DNA of 64,000 bases from Cenococcum geophilum (taxonomy: Eukaryota): the NCBI GenBank assembly GCA_050273025.1, contig CP158635.1, positions 5,146,001 through 5,210,000 of the forward strand, read 5' to 3'. The position numbers and the translations under genes were made by a program. This document shows, piece by piece, positions 1 to 12,784 of the stretch. Each line of letters starts with the position of its first letter. Position 1 is the stretch's first letter. Below the pieces are notes generated by a model. The model was not told the origin of the DNA, made no database searches, and saw nothing but the letters and a program-made list of their open reading frames with translations.

Positions 1-1982
1 ATAGAAGCTATTATAATACTAAGTAAAGACCTAGCGCTACGTTAATAGAGTATTACTATAGTAATAGAGGCTAGGGGTCTACTAGTATAAGTAAAGATTT
101 ACTATATATATTATAAAATAGATAGATATTAAATAGAAATAACGCTAAAAGAAAGCAGTAAAAGAGTAGAGAGTAACTATATAGAGCACCCTATAGTTAA
201 TATTAACTCTCCCTCTATATAAAGGATAGATAAAGGCAAAGTTTATAGCTGCATTCTTACTGTAAATAAAAGTCCTAAAACTAAATATATAGCTAGTAAG
301 TATTTATATCCTAAATACGTATAGATAGCCTAATAGTTCTCTCTTTAGAGTAAATCTTAAAATATAATTAGAGCTAATCTATTAGGCAATTACTTTATAG
401 TTAGATTTTATTATTAAATTTACCTATATACCTAGCCTATTAATAAGCCTACCTTAGTATCTACTATAAAGCTTTATTACGACCTTTATATTTTCTTTCT
501 CTTTTCTTTAGATAGGCTATAGTCTAGTAGTAGGTCCTTAGGGTTTATAAGGTGTTATATTCCCTAAAGTATTTACCTTTTTTATCTTTCCCTATTGTTT
601 TAAAGAAGGATTTAAAGCAGTCTTTTTCTAGCCTTAGTTAGCGAAAAGCTAATTATAGCTTTTTAGGATATATATTCTTAGGGGCTTTAAGAGAAAAGGA
701 ATAGCCTCCTTTATAGATTCTAGTAGTATTTTTCTTTATCCTTATTCTATTACTAGTTCTTTTTCTCTTACTAGTTTTTCTATATAGGGTCTTTAATTCT
801 AGTTTATTATATATTTAATCCTATTTCTCTCTCCTATTTTATATACTAGTACTATACTTAATTTACTATCTTTAGAGCTATCTATATAGTATATCTACTA
901 AGTCCCACTCTAGGGATTCTTATAGATTTTCTACTAGTCTTAGATATTCTTGTATAGCTTCTTCCTTACTACCCCTAGAGATAGAAAAGAATGCAGAAAT
1001 AGGAGGAGACCGCGGTTATTACTAATTTAGAGAAATTCTCTCTATTTTCTAGTTATAAATTAGTTGTTAAACTCTAGACGCTAGAGATAATAGCTGTTTT
1101 TGGCTGTAAAAGGTGCTTTATAGTAGAGTTTTTAGGGCTAGAACTGGAGCTAGAACTAGCTGCTAGTTCGTCTCTATCTTTGTCAATCTCTTCTATATAG
1201 ACCTCCTCGATTGCGTGGTTTTCCTTAAATTTTAGGATTTTAAATGCGTAGCTATTGCAAAGCTTTTCAAATATAATTCTAGGAGGAAAGAGACTATATA
1301 TATAAGAGGGTACCACGAACGGGGTAGACGCCTTCCTTGCTAGTATCTTTTCAAAACAAGCGAACCCTTGCAAAATGGTTGGGCTGTATTATTCTGCTAG
1401 CATACTAGTAGGGAGGGCGTTTGCCCTATACGTGTTACCCCCTTGTATATAGGGTAGGTGATAAGAAGACTGACGGTGATGCTGACGACGATTTATAATT
1501 GTCTCTTTATTGCCACTTAGTCAGTAATAGGTAATAGAAACAGGTGGTGAGTTATAGGGTGATAGGTACGATCTTGGTTGATAGAAAAAATCCTCTAATA
1601 ATACAGAAGCTTCACGTTTACGGTTTTAAGATTACTCTATTAAAAAAGAAAATGGAGATCTGACTGCCGGTTTGGGAGGGTTCTGTCGCTGTTTTTGGAG
1701 GTCACGTCGCTAAAATTCCCCGCCGCCTTAAGCCTCTTGCTTGCCGGTCTAACGTTAAGCCTCTCACTTACTGCCCCGTGCCCCTTGCTTTTCAACAGGC
1801 ATACTAATTCATCCCAGAAATATGACCCTTCTACGCGCCTGGCGCTGAAGCTATATATACTCTATGGCTCCTACCTCTGATCTGTTTAATCCAGGCCCCG
1901 TTTCTCTTATTCTTTGCCCTCCCATCTCCTTAACCCTATATTACCGCCATTATTGCCCTAAGTTCTCTTCTAGCTCCCTAGA

Positions 1983-4511
1983 ATGCGGCGCGCTTAATTA
2001 TCAAATCGTAGCTTATTATCTAGCGTTACTGACGATAAGTATATGGATACGGACAGCGACGGTGACAGCTATAGGATAGAACCGACCGTCCTCGATAGTA
2101 ATGCCGACAGTGATGCCGATAGTGATGCCGATAGTGACGCCGACTGTGATGCTGACAGTGGCATTAACCGTGACGCTGATAGCATCGCTGGATCTGACGA
2201 TGCTTGCGAAGCGCCCGCTTAATCATGGCTTTATGAGGATTAAGACCATCTACTAGAGTACTACCTTAAACAGTTAGAAGAGTTTAAGGAATCCGATTTC
2301 ATGACGTAGGACTACGCCGATAGTAGTATAAATCTCCTTAACCGTATTAAGGATCACTAGTATTAGTAAGTAAAAACCTGTTTAGCGGCTTTCTTTTAGG
2401 CCTAACCTTAAGCTAATGATTTCTAGATACTGCACCTATATAAGGAAGGACCCTAAGAAAATGTACCAACTCCTCTCGCTTTAGCTACTTTATAGCTTTT
2501 TCGACTAGATCCTAAATTAGAAACAAGGAAAGGGGGGTAGGAAATAGCGTAGGATAAAGCTTTTTAGCTCGCTTAGCGTATACTAGAAGTACTATTGCCT
2601 TATATATAAGAGAGCAACTAGAGGGAAAATCGCTAGTAAATTAAACCGCTAGATATATAAGGTAATTACGTTTCTAGTTAACCCTTTAAACTAGCAAAGT
2701 AAGCTAAAGCTAAGATATCTTTTCTAGGTGCTTTAGAAACTAGCGAAGAAATATAGCTTAAGTAATAAGCCGTAACAAAAACCCGCTATAGACGTAGAGG
2801 ATCTTGCCCTAGTTCTTAAGACCAACTTAGTTATAACGAGGAAAAGATATATAGTTAGGCGATATTAGATATAAGTCCATTTCTTACTATAACTAGGCCT
2901 TTATACCGCAAGCTGACCTAAAGCTCTTCTTAACCTATACTACCAATATATAATAATTATACTTATTTACAACCTAAAAGGCGGGCCTTATAAGATCGTG
3001 CCTAAGTTTATATTTAAATTTACTAAGGAATATCTTAGTATAAAAGAAGCGTACGTTCTCTTTCTACCTTATTCCTCTCCTTACGCTTATAGAGAACTAG
3101 TAATACTTTCCCGATTCCTAAGATTATCTTTAACCCTTTACTTATTTTTAGCCCTTACGTCTTTCTCCTAGGCCTTCTTTTTACTAACTAAGCTTTTATA
3201 GCCCCTAATCTAACGTCCGTAGAGTAGCTTAGTAAGCTATATATTAAGCCCAGGCGTAATAAGTTGCCGCTACTACTCCGTTTAGACCTAGACAATATCC
3301 CTATATTTCGGCGATTGATTAAAACTTTTTATAGCTATAAGGTCTCACCCAACTAGCCCTTACTATACTTAACCCTTTTGCTATAGATTAAGGACCTTAG
3401 CGCAATTACGGGATTTTAGCAGGTTGCGCGCCTATATAGTCTCCATTACGGCGTAGGTAAGGCATTTAATAAGAATAGTAAGTTCTATAGTATAGGGCTA
3501 GTTTTATTAAGACCTTTCTAACGCCTATACTACCTAGGTAATATAAGTGACGCCCTTTAGAACCTTATAATATAGTACGCGGACGCTTAAACATTCCTAA
3601 AGCACTACCTTCTGTGGCGTGTTGGCGTAGATACGTAGGTAATTGTTTAAGGCTTAGAGCCTTAAGAAAAGTTAATAAAAGCAGTATACTAAATAAGCCG
3701 ATTAATTAATCTGTGGCGGCTATAGGGCCTAATAATAAAACAATCCTTATCAGTAAACGAGGACCCGCGTATTTATTTCTTAGTTAAAGCTTAAACTAAG
3801 CTAAAGCACAGCCTTAAAAGTAAAGCTATAGGGAATATAGAATACTAAAAGCTTAGCCGGGAGATTATAAATAAAAGGCGACGTTAAAGAAATGCACTAT
3901 TAGAAAATATTAAGAAGAATTAGGACAATGAGTAAGCTGTAATTAATATTAAGCGGCAACTTTCTGGGGTTAAATTTAGCGAGGATATTAAAGCAACTTT
4001 AGAATCTAGCGATAATAGATTAGTTAAACACAAACGCCTTATTAAAGTAATTATAATGCTTTCTGGTATATTACTAGAAGATAAAATATATAGACGCAAT
4101 AATGCTATTAGTGCGGTTATAGACTACTATAATATTAAGGAAGGTAAAGTATATCGGCGGAATTATTACCAGAGATAGTTTAGGATAGATATCGCCCTTA
4201 GCAAAGTTAAGATTAAAGAAGATGCTAAGATTTTAAAAGCGGCTAAAGCGCTAGAGAGGGCAAAGTCATCCTTGTATAAGGAGAAAAGACTAAAAATATA
4301 CTTTATCTGCCTTAGGAATAAAAAGCTTACAATTAGTAAGCGTATATATAAGTTTTACACTCTAGCTGCTTTTATAAAGCATTTCCGATAAGCGTATCTC
4401 TCTAAACTCCCGTAGTAGGGTGAGATTAAATATAACGTTTGCGAAGTAACCCTTTAGCACAAAATGTATCTTTAAAACTATACGTTCCTTATATATAGGA
4501 CCTTTTCCTAG
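1983..4511 (+). pseudogene. RIP-inactivated DUF3435 tyrosine recombinase (Starship captain-type) with acidic N-terminus and C-terminal C2H2-like zinc region
   Basis: Manual translation from ATG 1983 gives an Asp/Ser-rich tract, then HLLEYYLKQLEEFKESDFMT*DYADSS, QLGLYTAS*PKALL, FKFTKEYL, NTFPIPKIIFNPLLIFSPYVFLLGLLF, VARLYSLHYGVGKAFN and *YADA*TFLKHYL, ending HKMYL*NYTFLIYRTFS*. Several short GT..AG introns. The stops are explained by C>T/G>A changes. Confidence 0.9.
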
Positions 4512-5029
4512 TCACTACACACTTATCTTATTATTCTTTATCGCTTTTTATTTTATTTTATTAGTTTATTGTCATCTAATCCTATCCTAGTGTTTAATAG
4601 AATAGATATAATAACTAGGATTGTGTAATTTGTTTAGGGGGGCGAGGGGTAATAGGTGAGGTGAGGGTAAGGTAAAGGGTGAGGTAAGGGGTAAGGGTCG
4701 GTTATATAGAATAAACATCTTTCTTTATTTATTTGCACTAAATGTAAGATTCCCTACAGTTATCTAGTGTGTAAGGAAAGCTATGTGATATTAAATAGCG
4801 TTCTGCACTTTAAAAGCCATACTTAAACAGTTTATAAAATTAAGTATTGAGTTCTAAAGACTAATTCTATATAGCCTTTCTACCTTTATTAGGAAATAAG
4901 TATATTTGCGCTAGGAAGTTTAGTAGGGCTAGGAGAAGAGATGGGTGTGATTTGGCGGGGGTGTGATTTTTAGTGGGGGTTATTTTTGGTAGGGTCTATT
5001 TTTGACCTTACGACAAATTAGGTGTTCTA

Positions 5030-5470
5030 TTTTTAGTCTCCTAAAAGCCTTAGGCTTTTAGGATTAATTTTCTAAGGAGCTCCAAGTCCGAGTAGTAGCT
5101 ATGTCCCAGTAATGGTCTCCTAGTAGCCCTGGACTCCTAGGATTAAGCTCTAAGGAGCCTTTAGGTTTTAGGGGAATTAGTCTTCTAAGAACCTAAAGCT
5201 CCTAGGAGAATTAGTCTTCTAGAAGCCTTAGGTTCCTAGGGAATACGTTTTTAGGAGTTCTATAGCACTTTATAATGGAATAATTATTTCTCCTAGGATC
5301 GCATCCCTTCTGGGATCGGCCCTCCTGGACCGAAAGCCCTCCTAAAATTAAATCTCTTAGATATTAAGCCCTCCTAGAAGCCCTACCTAGATAATTCCTA
5401 GTGGCCTTAGGCTTCTAAGGTAAAGCTCCTAGTAGCTTTAGCCTCCTAGAAAAATTAGTCTCTTAGGAGC
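5030..5470. repeat. Degenerate short-unit repeat tract (CTCCTAGGAG / CCTTAGG cores)
   Basis: Recurrent cctagg, ctaggag and gccttaggct words with no ORF. Confidence 0.5.
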
Positions 5471-6039
5471 CGAGTGCTAGTAATGGCAGCCTCTAAAAAT
5501 TATGCGGCTAAAAAAATATGCTGCCTATAGAAAGTGTGCGGCCGCAGCGTCTGGGAGCAACTAATAGCCTAGGAGCATTACCTAAGAGTAATTTATTTCT
5601 GGTGGCCTTTCCTGTTATATAGCCTTGTTATTTTTGGCAGAATATTTAACAGCATTTAAGCTCTTGGCCGGGGTATCCGGAGGGAAATATCCTCTTGGGA
5701 TGGGGTGACCTGCTTGGCGCCGTGCCCTATTATCTGCAGCGGACAAACAGTATCCCAGTATACGTTTCGATTTGAGGACGCTTATGATATTGGGTTCTGA
5801 ATTTCGAGCGTAACGCAAATTTATTGGGATGTATATATAATGGACAGGTGTAGTTAAACAACGTACCCCTAACCAACTATTGACAAGAATAAATGTAAAG
5901 AGAAAGGATAGCTGAATTTTAAACGTATATCTGCCCATGTGCCAAAAGGGCGTGCTTTCTGTAGAGCTAAGTGTAGGACTGCAAATTATTAAACTGGCCT
6001 CCTCTTATGAAATTATGCTAAAATTCTACATTTGTAGTA

Positions 6040-6225
6040 AAAAGTCTAACTAGTAAAAGCGTATGACCGGTAAAAAGTTTGACTAGTAGAGAGTTTGACT
6101 AGTGAAAAAGCCCGACTGGTAAAACCGCGAGACTAGTAAAACGTTTGACTGGTAGAGAACTCTAAATAGTATAAAGGTTGGACTAGTACTAAAGTTAGAC
6201 TAGTACAAAGGTTAGACCAGTATAC
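6040..6225. repeat. ~17-bp minisatellite (GACTAGTACAAAGGTTA-like)
   Basis: About 10 units with GACTAGTA/GACTGGTA core at roughly 17-bp spacing. Confidence 0.8.
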
Positions 6226-6829
6226 GAAATCTTGCTGAATTGTAACCAGGTAAGTATAGCTGACTTCCGGGTTCCCGTGCTTAAGGGGTTGCGTAGGTCC
6301 AGTTTTAGGCCCCTCTTAGGATTGTTTTCTAGCGCATTCTAAAAGATTGGTCTCGCAGCAACCACAACGTGGTGCGCGATAAGAGGATACAATAATGCAT
6401 ACCCGAAAGTTTTGTGGTGCATATGCAGCGCCAAGTATGTCTGGCTTGAGATAAGGAGCGACGCAGAAGGATTTAGTTGACTTAGCAACCGCGCCACGCC
6501 AATCTACTTTGCCTTATGATCGCCACAACGCCGAGCTGAAGATCCAACGCGCCAGTCTAGGGCAGAATAGCTTCTTGCCCGCTTGCTATCTTTGTTCTGA
6601 GAAAATAGTACGCAAATAAGGGTATAGCTAGAACGGGTTGGCCATCCTTCTTGCTAGCGGTGGCGACTTGTTACTTTTACTAAAGTTGAACTACCAAAAC
6701 GTTAACAAAAGTACCGCGTTTAAATCTATGGTAATAAGATATATTAGGCGCGGTAGAAAGAAGGCAAAACAGGTAAGACTTAGACTAGTTGTGACTTTCT
6801 GCAGACTATTATTCTCCGGATGTAACCGT

Positions 6830-7260
6830 TCGTCAGACTAGTTGTTCTCTAGACGTAACTGCTCTCCAGACGCGACGGCTCCAGACGTGGCTATTCCAGA
6901 TGTGGCTGTCAGACGTGGCGTTCTTGCTCTCCAGACGTGACTGTTCTCCAGACGTGGCTGTTCTCTAGACGTGGCTGTTCTCCAGACGTGGCTGTTCTCC
7001 AGACGTGGCTGTTCTCCAGACGTGGCTACTCTCCAGACGTGGTTCTCCTATTTGGCGCTGCCAAGAGGACTGGTCATTTTGGGCCAATTGGGCATCCGAT
7101 AATTCTCCAGACGTGGCTATTCTCCAGACGTGGCTGTTCTCCAGACGTGGCTGTTCTCTAGACGTGGTCCTCCTATTTGGCGCTGCCAAGAGGACCGTCA
7201 TTTTGGGCCAATTAGGCATCCGATAACCCTCCAGACGTAGCTGTCCTCCAGACGTGACTA
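6830..7260. repeat. 17-bp minisatellite CTCCAGACGTGGCTGTT with a twice-repeated ~60-bp insert
   Basis: Many near-identical units. The insert tcctatttggcgctgccaagaggac...ggcatccgataa occurs at ~7045-7102 and ~7170-7226. Confidence 0.95.
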
Positions 7261-8117
7261 GGATCTGCTAACTACGGTTAGCTAAAAATAGAGGGTCCTA
7301 GAATTGGGTTCTAAGAATGATATTTGAAGCGCAGCTGAAAACTTATGTAAGTTATGATAAATAACCTGTTCTCCCGTAGCAAATATTATCGAATAGGCCA
7401 TATAGACATGTAAAAGGTACGATTCCTTGAGCACGAACGAAGATTCGTAGCAGAGAGAAAGGTATAGTTTCTAGAAGTTGATGCTTAGTTAAGAGCTTGG
7501 TTTTTAAAAGTTATTGCTTAAACAAGCTTCTGCGGCGCTGCTGGTGGATTTAGGCAGCAACTGACATGGGGATTGTATTAAAGCGTTGGAGTCCCGCGAA
7601 ACCAGCTTCCGCCTAGGCGCAGCTGTTCCTTTGCTTCTCAACCAGGATCCTTTTTTCCTAACTAAATTTGGTTAAGTGCCAAGTGTCTAATTATGGTACC
7701 TGGACCGGCCTTGCTATCGGCAACGTGTCCTTTTTACTTTTCGTCCTCAGCCGTATAGCCCTCAGTCGTATAGCGGTAAGCCTTTGCTGCCTCGTAGCAC
7801 GGCGTGATTTACTTTGTTCCCAGAATATAATCTTATTCCTCTCTATTTCAACTATGGCTTGCATTGGGACTTCAACGGTGGGATCTCGTGTCAGGACTTC
7901 GACAAGAGCAGAAATGTGGCGGTGCGGCGGTGCTTCGGGTATGGGCCGTTACGGAGCGCTAAAACGCCTCTCAACAAGGGTATGGCCGTAGCGGGTCGGC
8001 CATCCTCCCTGCTAGCGGTGGCGGCATCAAGTGCCAAATCATCCTCATTGTGTATATAAAGACATCCTACATTCTGCAAATAGAATAACTTAATTACAGC
8101 TTCCAAATACAGAGACT

Positions 8118-8588
8118 CTACAATAACCACGGGACAAACTTAACACATTGAGGATTGGGCAGGCTTAACGCCCTCTCCTTATCAGTCCAGCCGTTCTGAA
8201 ACTTGGAAAAATAGTCACATTCTCCCGTCGCACACGTCCAAAACCCCAACCCAGGCATGCTACTCTCAGCACCCGCTCGATCCTGACGACTGGCGGCGCC
8301 ACAATAGCAGCGTGGGTTACTACCACGTATTCCACGGTCATCGTCCCATGTAATCCATCTTTTGTGGTGATCTTGTAGGCCTTGACTGCAATTCCAGTGG
8401 CAGCGGACGCAGATGTAGTACGGTCGGCCGACATTGCCATTTTGATTGCCTGTCACGGTACATCGATATCGAGGCCTCCAGCCACAGCGGCGGCAGAGAG
8501 GAGAGTTAAGAGGAAATTGGGGCTGTAGTGGTCGGCTTAGTGCGTGCAAGATTTCGGACATTGGAACGTCTACATTTACGTTAAGCAA
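8118..8588 (-). CDS. Small GRF-type zinc finger protein
   Basis: Open ORF with CRRC...NGNVGRPYYICVRC, WITWDDDRGI, NPRCYCG...SRQDRAG and GFWTCATGECDYF. The start is uncertain; there may be an upstream exon from ATG 8661. Confidence 0.8.
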   Translation of the reverse strand: MLNVNVDVPMSEILHALSRPLQPQFPLNSPLCRRCGWRPRYRCTVTGNQNGNVGRPYYICVRCHWNCSQGLQDHHKRWITWDDDRGIRGSNPRCYCGAASRQDRAGAESSMPGLGFWTCATGECDYFSKFQNGWTDKERALSLPNPQCVKFVPWLL

Positions 8589-9416
8589 GCTCTGTCAGGT
8601 ATACTTGCGGGGACTAACTAATATACGTAGTGCTACTGCCTCCCAAGGTCTGAACGAGCATTGTTGCGGCCATTAATCCGTCAAACTGCGTGGAATACCG
8701 TCCGGTCAACGTCGATGCAACAAGGCGTTGGGATGTCAACGCCCTAACCTGCGACGGCTGGAGGGGCATGATGGATGATGCGTGTTACATAAGCAATGGT
8801 CTAGGATTGAACCTATATTTTATTGGCTGCAGCCCCGGCTTGACACCAGCTGCTCACGTTAGCTAGACCAGTTCTGCCCATAATAAGAACGGGCGATTCT
8901 ACAGTCGCTAGCGAAATCGGCTTCCGCCCAAGTGCAGGTGCAACATCGCCTGTAAGCAAAAGGCTTGGCGCCCCACTTTACATATCTAGTAAGGCGCCAT
9001 GCTTGTTTGCACGTGATTTGCCACGGTACGAGAAAATACTTCTCTATCACAGTATGAGCCCACAGGGGTGTGCGGGTCGGCCGCCCTCCCTGCTGGCGGG
9101 GGCGAGTTTAAAGTATTTATGCTTTAATAGTCTGCTGTAAATACCGCTAAATATGCTGCCGCTGAAACCGTTCCGTGCAAAGAGGAAGTCGCCTTGCAGC
9201 CAAGCATGTGGCAAAAGTATTCAGATTCACCTCACGCAGCAGTCTCGGCAATGAGCTTTACCCAGAATAGTCAAACGCCATGCTCAGCCCGACTCTGACC
9301 AAGCATCCATAATGCAGGTAGACGGAGCCTATAACTATGTAGACCATACCTCATAACTTGACATTGAATTCGTGTATCCATCACTTACTCCGCAAGATTT
9401 TCAAATACGAAGCCGT

Positions 9417-11060
9417 TCACACGACTCGCACGTTGAGCCTCTGTCTCACTACGTAGTCACTCTGAATCCACCCAACTCCAATCCTCGTATACTCGCCATC
9501 CACACTGGTCGGTCTGACAACTAATATGTAGTACTTTTTATCCCTCAGCCCATGCTCATTCCCATGAAACTCCCTCCCGACAACAACACACCGTTCATCA
9601 TGAAGGTCTCCACTCGCCTCGAATACCTCCATCATATGCCATCCATGACCAAGATGGCACGATCGAGGTTTCGTACCCAATCCGCTTCGTCTTCTTTCCG
9701 TCAGACCTCTGCCATAGGAGATTCCTGTGAAGGTACCGCTGAAAGATGCCGTATCTGCTTTCACACCCTATAGCGCGTGCAATACGGGCCTCTAACCCGG
9801 ATATTGCAACACATCTGTCAGTTCCATCTGTCAAGCCACGCTTCGAGTAGCCCTCGGAAAGAAAGTAAATGAATTCCATGGTACGTTGGTCGCCCGATGC
9901 AAGGAGCCGGTCCGGGAAGTTTGGATCAAGCATGAAGAATTCTTTTCGAAGGGAGCTGAGTAGAGTACCTGGGTTAGGAAGATGTGAGGCTATTAAATAT
10001 TGTTGAGCTCTTACCTTTCCAGTCTAGTAAGGTTTTCGCAGTAAACCCCGGTTCCACATTCAAAATATGTCTGATTGGCGCTAAAATGGATAGTTCGTCG
10101 TGACAAAACTCTTTCTTGCATTACCCAGGCTCGCGTGTTAAGCCGAGCCTTCTCCACATCGTTGTCAAAATCATCAATGTCGGTGCAAACATAGAATCAC
10201 CGGCCTGAATTGTCTTAAACATAAACATACTCACTGCTTACGTCCCGATCAAGGAATCCCGCATTTAAGTTGACAGCCGAAGTTGCAGCAATCGTGCAGT
10301 AAGCCGAAGCGAAGACGCCTTCCATACATTTGGCCTCGTGCTCCCAATCTTTCTGGTTCCACTAAATTGTGCAAAGTGAGTCGATCCGGAGGTATTGGAC
10401 ACCAAGTTCTCGAGTCACCTGGATGGCGTCACGAAATGTCTTTGGTAGCTCAGATAAACTAAACATTCTCAGCCGTGATTCGATATTGTCGTCCGTTGTG
10501 CAGAACTTGAGTTTTTCCTCTTTGGTGGGTATGCCCCAGCAATGGGACAACGCGACGTATTTCATTCTGTCGTTTTCATTGGGACGGTAGAGACGCAAGA
10601 CATTACCCGGATCCTTCGGACCGCCGACGCAGAGGAGTCTCGTTGGCAATTCTGTATTGGATTCAACATGGTGGTCATTGCACTTGTGGGACCTATCGCA
10701 CCAACGAAGCCATGCGCGAAGTAGTGCAAAACGTGCAGGATTTTCCGCTTCGGGTAGGACTGGGAAGCTGATCTGGACGTCTTGACCAGTATCAGCCAAA
10801 CATTCTGCGGTAGATATATGCAATAAGTAATGGCTCTGCCTAGCGCATGTAAGTTGAAGGTACTAACCTGCATCAGAACACAGCCGGAGAATTCGAGGCC
10901 CGTCGCTCCCTATTTTTAACGCTGGCAATTCCCGAACGATTTGAACATTTAGTTCATCATTACAGTGGCGTTTAACTGTGCGGAGGAGCAGAGCGCAGAG
11001 CCGGCAATTTTCTCCAGCAACACTGACTTTAGAAAGATTAATGTTGCAATCAGCAGCCAC
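9417..11060 (-). pseudogene. HET-domain (PF06985-type) gene remnant, 5'-truncated, with stops and a frameshift
   Basis: LPTRLL, YVALSHCWG, LPKTFRDAIQVTRELGVQYLRIDSLCTI*, LNTRAWVMQERVLSRRTIHF and VPSWSWMA motifs. In-frame stops at ~10362 and ~10200-10220, a frame break near 9600, and introns near 10810-10865 and 9970-10013. Confidence 0.9.
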
Positions 11061-11186
11061 AAGGTAAGTTGAATCGGTAGCACACTCGATGGCAAGCGCT
11101 TAAAGAATTCCAAAGCAAATTTATTGTCGAAGGTATGGCGCCAGCTGCCGAGCTACATTCATATTAGTCCCTGTTCAAAGGCAGAC

Positions 11187-11619
11187 ATTCACAGGTCTAC
11201 TTGCCTCCTACACCACCAAACGCGCCAGAATCAGCAGCAGCCTCGCATGTCAGGATTCGCAGATCTACCTACATCCTACACCACCAAACGCGCCAGAATC
11301 AGCAGCAGCCTCGCACGTCAGGATTCGCAGGTCTACTTACCAACTACACCACCAAACGCGCCAGAATAAGTAGCAGCCTCGCATGTCAGGATTCGCAAGT
11401 CTATTTACATCCTACACCACCAAACGCGCCAGAATCAGCAGCAGCCTCGCATGTCAGGATTCGTAAGTCTACTTACTATCTACACCACCAAACGCGGCAG
11501 AATTAGCAGCAGCCTCGCATGTCAGGATTTGCAAGTCTACTTACACCCTACACCACCAAACGTGGCAGAATTAGCAGCAGCCTCACATCTCAGGATTCGC
11601 AGGTCTACTTACTTCCTAT
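11187..11619. repeat. 68-bp tandem repeat, ~6.3 copies
   Basis: CTACACCACCAAACG starts at 11208, 11276, 11344, 11412, 11480 and 11548 (exact 68-bp period). Confidence 0.95.
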
Positions 11620-12346
11620 AATCAAACATGTTAGTACAATATCTAAAACAAGCGCTTACCCTCTATACCTACCCCGTTAGCTAAAATCACAATGTCTAGT
11701 TACTGTTAAGGCCTACCTGGAACAAGCTATCCTCCCATGTTTCTTGGCCCATCGGAATAGGTTCAATCGTAGTTAATAGAGATAACGATATGATAAACCA
11801 GATAGTATAGAAAGACTCCTACGCTTATAGAGCTTGGCTTTAAGTGCGCCTTTGTGCTAGGGTTGAGCGATAAATTCTTAGACTGTGGTGCGGATGCGGG
11901 GCAGTTCAATCGGCTGCTGACACGTAGCCCGTCCAAAGGCCAGCTGATCGTCATCTCTGCATATACCCAACCAAGCAAAAATATTCCCATAGGATTGCTA
12001 GAACAAGTTTAGTGACAGGATAATTAATGGTATTTGCAGTAGGTGATTAGGCCATAAAATACGTTAAACTCGCCCCGGCTGGCAGGGAGGGCGGCCGACC
12101 TGCACCGACCACGCCCCTGTTAAGGGTCTACTTCCTAAGATTGAAGAATAGAGAATATGGAATGGGGAACTGTGGTTGGTGTTGTCTTGAGTGTGGCGTT
12201 GTGGCGGTGATGCACTGCCTCCGCTGCTCGGTGTTTGGCTTGGCGCTGTTGCTGAGTCAACTGAACCATGCCGAACCCCCAAACCCCTCGAGATGACCAC
12301 CGTTCAACTTCAGGATACAGCCCATCTCATGCCATGACATACGGCT

Positions 12347-12721
12347 ATGTCTACACCGCAGCCTCCTCTGAAAGAATCTCAGCATACCACACCGCCTTCA
12401 AGCCTCGTAGGCGCACCTTTGACGCCTCCGCCAACCGACGAGAAAGCCTTCACCCAAGCTCCCCGAGTTATCGCGCTTCTCAGAGACATCCAAGCGGGAA
12501 GACACAGCAATCAAAACCCGTGGACATCCTTTCAGCTTACACAAGGGGAATATGATGAGACAAAGCGTCGGCTTAGGCAAGACGAGTCGCTATTTGGATT
12601 TGTTAAGGACAAGATACGATACGTAGCCTCTGGCGGGGAAGAGGCGCCAGCTGATGATGCCAGTCGGACATATGACTATGGCGGCAGGAGGAATCAACTT
12701 GTTATTCGCATGCCTACTTAG
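12347..12721 (+). pseudogene. 5' fragment of a conserved fungal hypothetical gene (PLTPPPTDEK...DKIRYDY...LVIRMPT), 3'-truncated
   Basis: Protein-like ORF with a probable intron after DKIR, ending abruptly after RMPT. Family recalled from memory only. Confidence 0.55.
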
Positions 12722-12784
12722 CAGCACCAAAGTAGAGCGCTTTTGAGCTTCTGTATAAATAAAGGCTTTGTAGCGATAGGTAAA

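Noticed and set aside
1..1373. RIPped minus-strand frame with hydrophobic segments (includes ORF 1074-1373)
   Set aside because: Too degraded to assign to a gene or TE family.
6830..7260. CRISPR-like appearance (repeats with inserts) and ORFs 6937-7226
   Set aside because: The units are contiguous, the two inserts are copies of each other, there are no cas genes and the DNA is fungal. The ORFs are translations of the repeat.
11124..11506. Gln/Pro-rich ORFs that might be amyloid or prion motifs next to HET
   Set aside because: They arise from a 68-bp repeat that shifts frame with each unit, on the opposite strand from the HET gene.
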